Source of the DNA: Nitrososphaeria archaeon
GTDB taxonomy: Archaea > Thermoproteota > Nitrososphaeria > JACIWG01
Direction of reading: 5' to 3'
DNA length: 24,000 nt
Assembly: GCA_963752255.1 (NCBI GenBank)
Contig: CAVVXT010000006.1
Coordinates: 13,192-37,191 of the forward strand
A program made the translations under genes and the position numbers. How positions within the stretch are numbered: position 1 is the stretch's first letter; each line of letters starts with the position of its first letter. Below the pieces are notes generated by a model. It was not told the DNA's origin. It made no database searches and saw nothing but the letters and a program-made list of their open reading frames with translations. Positions 15,626 to 23,088 of the stretch are shown one piece after another.

Positions 15626-15870
15626 CCTCTCTAAGCTAGAGCATTGTGGGTTTGATGTCTTTCTATTTATCTTTATGTGGTGAATCTAAGTAGTGGGAAG
15701 GAAAGGAAATTAAAATTTAATCCCAAAACTAAACACACCGGGAGCAAGCTTTGAATTCGAATGTGAATGTAAATGTGGATAAGTCAGGTGGATTTGAATG
15801 TGGACCAAATTAACTTTTAATAAAAGGTTAGCGGGATTAAAATGGCAATTAAAAGAGGTGTAAAAAGTAG

Positions 15871-16185
15871 ATGAGCGTAACAAGTTTAGCTTTAAGGCTT
15901 GTTGGTGTTTACTTTATGGTTTCCGGTGCCTTTGGAGTGATTTTTATTCTCTCTTTTTTTGCCGAAAGACAAATATGGTATCCTTTTATGCAAAATAGCT
16001 TATTAGATATATTTCTTCTATTACCATTTTTAGTTCTCCTTATTTTTACTGTATCTAGGCAAATAACGGCTTTGATAGCAATTTTTTTTCCATTCGTTGG
16101 TATGCTGTATGTGGTTTTAGGATATTGGTTGCTTCTTAACGGGAGCAGAATTGCAGAATTACACCGGCCTCCCCACGCACCATGA
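15871..16185 (+). CDS. Small membrane protein (104 aa, about three helices)
   Basis: ATG is preceded by GAGGTG about 10 nt upstream. The sequence is strongly hydrophobic. The antisense ORF 15909-16199 is judged spurious. Confidence 0.55.
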   Translation: MSVTSLALRLVGVYFMVSGAFGVIFILSFFAERQIWYPFMQNSLLDIFLLLPFLVLLIFTVSRQITALIAIFFPFVGMLYVVLGYWLLLNGSRIAELHRPPHAP

Positions 16186-16403
16186 TCGCCCTCTGACAAG
16201 TCTAGAAATAAAAGTTGAAAAGCTCCATAACCCCAATATCAATAAAGAGAACGTAATGGATGGTTGCTATGTTCGCAATTTTCTCCTGCAGCAACAGATA
16301 TTCGAAACTCCAAACGATCCCAATCACTCGTCTCGAACTGTTGACTTCTGGTCAAGGATAGAGGAATTAAATAGCTTCGAACCGTAGAGCACCCTGAGAG
16401 ACA

Positions 16404-16904
16404 ATGTCCAGCTCAGCCGAGCTCTTTGAGAAGATCGCCCATCCTACGCGAATCAGGGTTCTGGAAGTTCTCGAGTCCACTCCCCTGAGCTTTGGAAAGC
16501 TGAAGAATGAGCTGGGAATCTCCAGCAGCGGCAACTTGGACTACCACCTGAAGAAACTGGAAGGGTTGATTGTCCTCGATCCTGAAGGGAACTATCGGCT
16601 TTCCGATGAAGGGAAGGAAGCCTTGGTGGCGGTCCGAATCATAGAGTCAAGTGCAGCTGCTAGAGACCAAGCGGGTCAGAGGAAGACTGGGGTCGCCGAC
16701 TCCATCTCCAACGTGTTCATCCTGATCTGGATGATATCTGCCTTCATTTCTTTCGGAGTGGTTTCATACCTTGCGCTTGGCCAGCCTCTTGGCTACTCCA
16801 TAGGGCAGGGGTCTTTCATTTCGTTGTTCATGGGAGCGTCCATGCTACTCATTAGGTGGATCGCCAGGAGGATGTCATCGCGGCGCAACGTTGGCAATCC
16901 TTGA
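16404..16904 (+). CDS. ArsR-type winged-helix transcription regulator fused to a C-terminal two-helix membrane domain
   Basis: HPTRIRVLEVLESTPLSFGKLKNELGISSSGNLDYHLKKLEGLIV is an ArsR/wHTH signature. The C-terminal hydrophobic segments are VFILIWMISAFISFGVVSYLAL and FISLFMGASMLLIRWIA. Confidence 0.8.
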   Translation: MSSSAELFEKIAHPTRIRVLEVLESTPLSFGKLKNELGISSSGNLDYHLKKLEGLIVLDPEGNYRLSDEGKEALVAVRIIESSAAARDQAGQRKTGVADSISNVFILIWMISAFISFGVVSYLALGQPLGYSIGQGSFISLFMGASMLLIRWIARRMSSRRNVGNP

Positions 16905-17207
16905 GTTAACCTTCCGCATCCCTCAATCGTCCCGCTTTTTCCTGCATCGGTTAGGTTTCTTTTAGGATTTAATTGTCGAACAACAAATTTAACGTTTCAT
17001 TTCCTTTTAAAAACACTGCGATTAAATGTATTTTCATTTGTCTTACAAGATTTAAAAACAATTTGTTTCCATATGTTCTCTAAATGTCACATCATATTTC
17101 AAAAATATCGTATCTCTACCAAGCACAGCATAAGATATTCCGTCTGATGCACAAGATGAGTGGAAGTTCATTAGGTTGCATTCACGCGATTTAAATTGCA
17201 GGCTTCT

Positions 17208-17681
17208 CTATGGAGGCAGTTCTTTTCCACAGTAGGCGCAATATTTTGTGTTAGGGGCTACTACAGCTCTGCCGCAGTTGACGCAGAATCTCTGTGGTAA
17301 AGGTTGGACCGCCATCGGCGGTGTCATCGATTCACCTAGGTTTGCGTAGGCGAGAAGGAAGAAGATGCCGCCGATTATGGCGCCGAAGAATAGACCTATT
17401 ATTCCAAGTATTAGGCTGTAAGTGCGCGCTTGAGCATATTTTCCCATCTCAATATTTCTTACCGTCATCCATGCAAAAATCGTCAGTACTATTCCTGGGA
17501 TGAACAGCAGCAAGAAGACTATAGCTATTAGGATGAAGGGGAAGGCGGAACCTATATTAGCTACGTAGATAAACGGGGTAATGACGAATAAGCCTATGAA
17601 ACCAGCTGCGGTAGCTAGCAGGTAAAATATGAACCCGATGAAAGCATAAGTTCTGGCACTTCCTAATATTTGATTGTTCAA
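17208..17681 (-). CDS. Polytopic membrane protein with a C-terminal zinc ribbon
   Basis: There are four hydrophobic helices, then RFCVNCGRAVVAPNTKYCAYCGKELPP (CxxC-x10-CxxC). The start is TTG at 17681. Confidence 0.7.
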   Translation of the reverse strand: MNNQILGSARTYAFIGFIFYLLATAAGFIGLFVITPFIYVANIGSAFPFILIAIVFLLLFIPGIVLTIFAWMTVRNIEMGKYAQARTYSLILGIIGLFFGAIIGGIFFLLAYANLGESMTPPMAVQPLPQRFCVNCGRAVVAPNTKYCAYCGKELPP

Positions 17682-18073
17682 TTAAACCATATTAAGTATG
17701 GGTAGAAAGCTATTAAGCTTCCTGGTTCTGTTAACATAACTAACATTCACAAAACTCAGATATATTGTTATTAATATCGAGCTTTTAGATATTTAATAAA
17801 TTATTAAAAGAAATGTTTTAAAAATAATAATTATCCATCTTATTAATAAATGCATTTAGCTTAGTTCTAAATCTTTTTTATTGTTTTGACAATTTCCAAG
17901 ATTAGTAGCATGATAACATGTATTATTTTTGGCATGCTCCCGAAAAAAGGGAGTTAGATTAGTTTTTAATTGGAAACCTTTAGTCTCTGTTCGTGTCGCA
18001 TCTTTAGAAGGGTGTAAAAATGGAGGCAGAAAGAAGTACTTTTTTCTATCCTTTATCTTCGATTACATTTATA

Positions 18074-18697
18074 CTACGGGACCGGACCTTTCGAATACGC
18101 TATTGTGGCGTTAACGGCGTCTACCCAGAAGTTGTAATATACACCTGCCTCTGGAAAGTTGCCTGGTGCAACTGTTTTTACATCTGCGTTAATGTCTATG
18201 AACCAATAGTACCCCAGCAGTTTTACTGTGGGGTCAGGAATCTGTAGAGATTCGCTCGCTTCCAAACTCAATATCTTAGTCCTATTGGGGTCGACCGTGT
18301 ATATGTTGAACCATCCATTTTCTTCTTTCAGGAATCTAAGTTGTGTATAAACTAAATAGGACGCTATTACGGTAGCGTTCCATCCCTGGAACTTCATCAC
18401 CGCGTTTAACGCCTCATCAAATGAGATTAAGTTTGACACATTCAGCACTGAAATTACGGTTGTCGTAGTATTGGTTCCAGAAGTAATAGTAGAAGTAGTT
18501 ATTCCTGTTTTAGTTGTTATCGGAGTGGAATATATAGTAGTTGTTGATAGCGATTTAATCCAAATAACGATCTTTGGCTCTGGAGAAGATGTTAAGAAGC
18601 TGAGAGAGGAAATAAGCGAGAAAAACAAAGAACTACAAACCCTAGTTAATTCTCTAGCTACTGAAAATATTAGCTTAAGAAATGAGAATATCAGCAT
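18074..18697 (-). CDS. Secreted or membrane protein with a Thr-rich linker and a PepSY-like C-terminal domain
   Basis: The C-terminus ISFDEALNAVMKF...NGWFNIYTV...YYNFWVDAVNATIAYS follows the PepSY pattern (..VDA.TG.I). The linker is STTTIYSTPITTKTGITTSTITSGTNTTTT. The N-terminal 75 codons overlap an opposite-strand ORF, so the start is uncertain. Confidence 0.55.
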   Translation of the reverse strand: MLIFSFLKLIFSVARELTRVCSSLFFSLISSLSFLTSSPEPKIVIWIKSLSTTTIYSTPITTKTGITTSTITSGTNTTTTVISVLNVSNLISFDEALNAVMKFQGWNATVIASYLVYTQLRFLKEENGWFNIYTVDPNRTKILSLEASESLQIPDPTVKLLGYYWFIDINADVKTVAPGNFPEAGVYYNFWVDAVNATIAYSKGPVP

Positions 18698-18797
18698 AAA
18701 GAACCGCTTAAATGAAATTGAAAAGGATATTTCTAAGGTTTCAGAAATAGAGAAGATAGTTAAAGAACTTCAACAGAAAAGGCTAGGGATAAACTAA
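18471..18797 (+). CDS. Possible small membrane-anchored coiled-coil protein (108 aa from TTG)
   Basis: The coiled-coil-like sequence EDVKKLREEISEKNKELQTLVNSLATENISLRNENISIKNRLNEIEKDISKVSEIEKIVKELQQKR continues 100 nt beyond the overlap with the minus-strand ORF. The 5' part is antisense to the Thr-rich linker. Confidence 0.4.
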   Translation: MVPEVIVEVVIPVLVVIGVEYIVVVDSDLIQITIFGSGEDVKKLREEISEKNKELQTLVNSLATENISLRNENISIKNRLNEIEKDISKVSEIEKIVKELQQKRLGIN

Positions 18798-18856
18798 CTC
18801 AAAAAATATCCTATGTTTTATAATATATAAAAAAATGTTGTGAAGGTGTGTCTTGA

Positions 18857-19123
18857 TTATTCGATGAGTTTTCTGGCTTCTTCTGCGGGTACTGCGACGA
18901 GTGTCTCAGTTGCGATATATTCTCCTCTTCTCATCGCGACTTTCATAGCTGTTTTTTCATCAGGCGCTTCAATTATTGCGACTAGGTCGTATCTGCCTAG
19001 TGTATAATAAAATCCAAGATACTTTACTCCTTCTTTCTTGTCTTTTTCTAAGAGCTTCGAGCTTTCAGCTAAACATTCCTTTGTTAGCTTCTGCCTGTTC
19101 TTCATTAAACTGATAAATATCAT
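18857..19123 (-). CDS. GYD domain protein
   Basis: At 88 aa, FYYTLGRYDLVAIIEAPDEKTAMKVAM...ATETLVAVPAEEARKLI matches the GYD-family pattern (G.YD.v.i.EAPD...a). Confidence 0.8.
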   Translation of the reverse strand: MIFISLMKNRQKLTKECLAESSKLLEKDKKEGVKYLGFYYTLGRYDLVAIIEAPDEKTAMKVAMRRGEYIATETLVAVPAEEARKLIE

Positions 19124-19225
19124 TTTATCACTTATGTATTAGAAAGAACCTTCTTCCTTATAAGAGTATTTAATCTTCACAACTAGCCACTATCTTATTT
19201 TTATTTTAATGACCAATTTTGATTT

Positions 19226-19420
19226 TTATATAAGATTTAACTCCTTAGCACATGGGAGACAGTGATATTTTCTTGGAGCACCTTTTGAGATGATTGTCTC
19301 ACCTATGTTGAAATCTCTTTTACATTTGTAGCATTTTAGACCATATTCCTTTGCATAGTGACGATGCGAAAGCTTCGACATTATTGTCGCCGTTAATTTG
19401 ATCTTGATAGTTCCTGTCAT
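19226..19420 (-). CDS. Small zinc-ribbon protein (64 aa; 51 aa if started at ATG 19381)
   Basis: The motif is CYKCKRDF...x18...CLPCAKE (CxxC...CxxC). I recognise no family. Confidence 0.45.
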   Translation of the reverse strand: MTGTIKIKLTATIMSKLSHRHYAKEYGLKCYKCKRDFNIGETIISKGAPRKYHCLPCAKELNLI

Positions 19421-19594
19421 TTAGCTCAGAGATTTCGTGAAGAATGCTTTATCGCTGTACTTATACTTATAATTATTTTATCGCCAACTCTGGCGGTGTT
19501 GTCCAATGATCGAAGGTGCTAGGGTCTATTTCAAAAGACATTATCTTACTTTTATCAAGGATATGAAGAGAGAATAGTTCCCCCATTTATTATG

Positions 19595-19634
19595 GTTGGA
19601 AATTGTATAATACGTTGAAAATTTCAGCCAAGTT
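19595..19634 (+). promoter_or_regulatory. Second copy of the direct-repeat / TATA-like motif
   Basis: GTTGGAAATT-GTATAATAC-GTTGAAAATT-TCAGCCAAGTT has one substitution relative to 8123-8162. Confidence 0.4.
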
Positions 19635-19783
19635 CCGTTTGGAGGATTTATCGAAGGACTTCAGTTTTGGCGCATGAGCATAATATGCGATCAGCTATGA
19701 CGATTTTAAGACTCTCAGTTGTACCATAGAAGTTCAGCTAATTCTTTTAAGGAAGAACAAAGTTGGCATGCTTGTTGAACGAT

Positions 19784-20779
19784 ATGAAGTATGTCAGATT
19801 AGGCTGGTCAGGATTGAAAGTGTCACCGATCGCGATTGGATGCTGGCATTTTGGAAACGCTGAGCCATGGATGGTCGAAAAAGAGGACGCAAGGAAGGTT
19901 GTACGTAAGGCGCTCGACCTGGGGGTAAACTTCTTCGATACCGCGAACGTCTACTCCTTAGGTAGGTCTGAGGAGATCACAGGAGAGCTTCTCAAAGACG
20001 TCCGAGAGGATGTAATAATTGCTACAAAGGTCTTCAACCCGATGGGGGAGAAGCCGAACCAGAGGGGTCTTTCAAGGAAGCACATAATGGGACAGGTGAA
20101 GGGTTCTCTGAAAAGGCTTCAAACGGATTACATCGACCTCTACCAGACGCATAGGTGGGACTATGAAACATCAATTGATGAAACTCTTTCAACCCTGAAC
20201 GATCTTGTTAGAAGTGGTTTAGTCCGATATATTGGGGGTTCTAGTATGTGGGCTTGGCAGTTTTCTAAGGCTTTGTATGCGAGTGAAATCAAGGGTTATG
20301 AGAAATTTACAAGCATGCAGGACAAGTGGAATCTGCTGTACAGGGAAGAGGAAAGGGAGATGATACCGCTGTGCAAGGACCAGAAGATAGGAATAATACC
20401 TTACAATCCCACCGCAGTCGGCCTGCTGTCAGGACGCTATATGAAAGGTGGAAGAATTGAGATCGGTAGGAACGATATGACGAGGCTTCAACCGGACTCT
20501 AAACTTGCCGGTTTAGTCTATAAACCTTACGTCGAACCTCCTGAAAACTCTGAAATCGTCAGAAGGGTTGCGGAAGTAGCGCAGGACAGGGGGGTGAAGC
20601 CGGTTCAGATCGCGTTGGCATGGCTGTTCCAGAAGGGGGCCACAGCGCCTATCATAGGGACTTCGAAGCCCGAGCACGTGCAGGAAGCGGTCGAATCGAT
20701 GGATATCAGCCTCTCCGACAAAGACATCGCCTACATGGAAGAATCATACGTGCCAAAACCGATCGTAGGGCATGCATGA
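19784..20779 (+). CDS. Aldo/keto reductase (paralogue B)
   Basis: MKYVRLGWSGLKVSPIAIGCWHFG... is collinear with paralogue A over its full length. The ORF track extends it to TTG 19763. Confidence 0.9.
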   Translation: MKYVRLGWSGLKVSPIAIGCWHFGNAEPWMVEKEDARKVVRKALDLGVNFFDTANVYSLGRSEEITGELLKDVREDVIIATKVFNPMGEKPNQRGLSRKHIMGQVKGSLKRLQTDYIDLYQTHRWDYETSIDETLSTLNDLVRSGLVRYIGGSSMWAWQFSKALYASEIKGYEKFTSMQDKWNLLYREEEREMIPLCKDQKIGIIPYNPTAVGLLSGRYMKGGRIEIGRNDMTRLQPDSKLAGLVYKPYVEPPENSEIVRRVAEVAQDRGVKPVQIALAWLFQKGATAPIIGTSKPEHVQEAVESMDISLSDKDIAYMEESYVPKPIVGHA

Positions 20780-20902
20780 TCAATCGTAGTTCTCAAGACA
20801 CAACAAGGTCTATTATAGTGCTAAGCCAATACGATGAATAGTTTAGAGTGTAGATCAACGATTTGTTTTTACTAAACTTATTTTTGCATAGAAAGCAATT
20901 TA

Positions 20903-21601
20903 TCAAAGTGATATGTGATGCCATCCATATTCTTCATAAATCTTTTTGCCTTTTTCGGATACTAGAAAGTCAATGAATTTTGTGGCTAATTCTTTGTTCT
21001 TGGAGAAGGTTATTACACCTATCGCTGTGCTTCTTTGCACTTGAAGGTCTTTCGGTAACTCTATAATATCCATGGTTTGCATGTTCAAGTTCTTGAAGGC
21101 ATCCCATCCTAAGATTGCATCCGCTTTCTTCTCGTTGATAAAAGACATTAGTTCCCCGCATCCATCGGCCAAAGCAACGGTATTCTTTCTAATTTGCTCG
21201 ACGAATCCCGCTTTAGTTGCTAAATCATCCCAGACCCCAGTCAAACAGCCACCTACAGAAACACCAACACGTATTCCATCTTTTGCTAAATCAGATATTG
21301 ACCTTATCTTTTTCGGATTTCCTGTTTGCACAAGAATAGCAGACGTTCTTGAGCCAAGGCTTCTTCTTGTTTCTTTAAGAACTAAACCCTTCAGCTGTGC
21401 ATCATCAAGTATGTATTCTGAACCGCAGGTTAACAAGTCGCCCTCTTTAGTTTCTGTGATTTCTTCTATGAGGTCTTCACCTTTTCCGACAGTAAACTTA
21501 AATTCTGTTCCAGATTTCGCTTTGAACTCTGCAGCACACTTCTTTATGGGGAGTGCTACTGCACCAGCTGAAAAAACATGGAGACTGTTTTGTTTCGACA
21601 T
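20903..21601 (-). CDS. Periplasmic-binding-protein type 2 fold, ModA/WtpA-like (molybdate/tungstate/sulfate-type) domain protein without a signal peptide
   Basis: LHVFSAGAVALPIKKCAAEFKAKSGTEFKFTVGKGEDLIEEI...GDLLTCGS...ILGWDAF follows the ModA-like pattern. There is no hydrophobic N-terminus. Confidence 0.6.
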   Translation of the reverse strand: MSKQNSLHVFSAGAVALPIKKCAAEFKAKSGTEFKFTVGKGEDLIEEITETKEGDLLTCGSEYILDDAQLKGLVLKETRRSLGSRTSAILVQTGNPKKIRSISDLAKDGIRVGVSVGGCLTGVWDDLATKAGFVEQIRKNTVALADGCGELMSFINEKKADAILGWDAFKNLNMQTMDIIELPKDLQVQRSTAIGVITFSKNKELATKFIDFLVSEKGKKIYEEYGWHHISL

Positions 21602-21906
21602 ATTCTTTCTCTTATCTTGTATGAATGTTAAGCAGACTTAAAGGTTTTAATCTATTATCTAAGTTTGCAAGAAGACCCCAACATTGTTAGATCACATTGG
21701 CATGTATTTGGTGTCAAGAAGCTCGTCTATCATTTCCTTTTTCAACCCGAAACCATCTACAAGGCTTCTCAAAAACTTCTTTTTCAGGAAGCTTTACGAT
21801 CTTCATTTGTCCCAGAGGTATCTATGAAGTTTCAGCAACTTTAACAAGAGTCGATTTTCCACCTCAACTCTTTATCCTTTTTCTCTCCTTACTCATCTAT
21901 CGAATG

Positions 21907-22539
21907 CTAATTGCTTATTGCTGGTGTTTGCCGCAAGTATTCTGTGTGCTCTACCTGCTTGAGCATGAAATCAGCGACGTCTGCGCGGGAAATCCATGTT
22001 CCTACTTCGCCATTACCCACGTAGCCCGCCTTGACCTTTCCAGATTTGGGATTATTGTTAAGCATTGTCAAGCGCACGATCGTCCAGTCAAGATCGGAGT
22101 TGCGTACCGTTTCCGCCGCACCAACTATGTCTTCGTATGCGCCGTGCATCGTGAACTTAACAAGGTTAACTAGAGCCTTGGCCTTGAAGTTCAGCGGGTC
22201 GTTTGGATCCTTAGCGCTAAGTGTTGACGTAATGATTAGCCTGCGTACGCCCTGTTTCCTCATGGCGGCGATGATGTTTTGCATGCCCTGTGTGATCGGT
22301 TTATTTTTTGAACCGCCCCGTGGACCCAGAGCGCTAATTACGGCGTCTGCCCCGCTCACTGCACTCTCAATCAACGGTTCATCGGCCAATTCGCCTTGGA
22401 TGACCTTTAAGTGTTCATGGTTAATGTTGAGCTTGGATGGATTGCGAATATATGCCACAACTTCGTGTCCTGCTGCAAGAGCTTGTTGGACAAGTTGTCT
22501 GCCAGTTTCACCTGTTGCCCCAAAAATAGTAATTTTCAT
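21907..22539 (-). CDS. NAD(P)H-binding atypical SDR (NmrA / flavin reductase-like) oxidoreductase
   Basis: MKITIFGATGETGRQLVQQALAAGHEVVAYIRNPSKL is a Rossmann GxxGxxG N-terminus. The 210-aa length is typical. Confidence 0.85.
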   Translation of the reverse strand: MKITIFGATGETGRQLVQQALAAGHEVVAYIRNPSKLNINHEHLKVIQGELADEPLIESAVSGADAVISALGPRGGSKNKPITQGMQNIIAAMRKQGVRRLIITSTLSAKDPNDPLNFKAKALVNLVKFTMHGAYEDIVGAAETVRNSDLDWTIVRLTMLNNNPKSGKVKAGYVGNGEVGTWISRADVADFMLKQVEHTEYLRQTPAISN

Positions 22540-22554
22540 GGTATCGCCTAAACC

Positions 22555-22830
22555 TTAAACGTTAACAGATACGCTGCTACCCTCTACCTCTACGGGATAG
22601 GTGGGCTGATTGAGATACACTTCTACCCATTCTTTTCTCTGGGGATGATGGAATAGAGGTGTTCTCAACTTCCCTGCGGGAGATTTCAAGTGGGAGTATA
22701 ACATGTGCTTCTTGCGAAGGCTTATCCATGAGACTTTCCACAATCCAATAGCATCGAGGCTATTATATAATAATTCTTCATGTATTCATCCCACGACTAA
22801 AGTTGTGGGCTTTCTGTGCAACGCATCGTA
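22555..22830 (-). mobile_element. Remnant of a second, related IS200/IS605 left end with a degenerate tnpA 5' fragment
   Basis: The hairpin CCCACGAC-TAAA-GTTGTGGG (22790-22809) sits in the same context as the IS hairpin at 14083-14103. On the minus strand that context is GTTGC..AGAAA..hairpin..GGGATGAA, then TATATAAT. The following ORF (KKHMLYSHLKSPAGKLRTPLF...) aligns weakly by eye to TnpA VHFMNYHFVWCTKYRRPVL. It ends 16 nt before the oxidoreductase start. Confidence 0.4.
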
Positions 22831-23088
22831 ACTAAATAGCCTTGCACTTATCGTACTGCAACCGTCTCCACATTTAGTCGGGTACGCAACTACTGCTTTC
22901 TCATTTTGGAATGTAAAAACATCGTCAGGGTAGAATTCAACGTAGCGTGGTTTTCAAGTTTTAGCGTAGCCATCGTATTTATCAGAGAAAATTATGGGAA
23001 ATCAAGGGGCCGTCTAAGTTAGCTAAGAGCATTCACCTTTGAATTTTGCAAATTTTTTGATGCAATAAGTGACTGTAAGATTTGAAGA

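Larger units (their letters stand above)
19595..20815. repeat. Copy B of the ~1.2 kb AKR segmental duplication
   Basis: See 8123-9369. The upstream motif is at 19595-19634, the ORF at 19784-20779, and the identical 36-nt 3' flank at 20780-20815. Confidence 0.85.

Noticed and set aside
21714-21806. A 30-codon minus-strand ORF, MKIVKLPEKEVFEKPCRWFRVEKGNDRRAS, that resembles the start of a cupin-type protein. It could be another gene stub.
   Set aside because: It is too short and generic to assign a family by eye. It is mentioned only as a candidate for an HMM check.
21072-22558. Long plus-strand ORFs (21072-21641, 21697-22173, 22031-22558) opposite the binding-protein and oxidoreductase genes.
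   Set aside because: They are antisense to ORFs with clear family signatures. Their translations are S/P/C/F-rich with no motifs.
22806-22975. A start-less minus-strand reading frame, KPRYVEFYPDDVFTFQNEKAVVAYPTKCGDGCSTISARLFSYDALHRKPTTLVVG, that runs into the hairpin at 22790-22809.
   Set aside because: It has no start codon and no recognisable family. It could be the tail of a gene disrupted by the IS remnant, but I cannot support that from the sequence alone.
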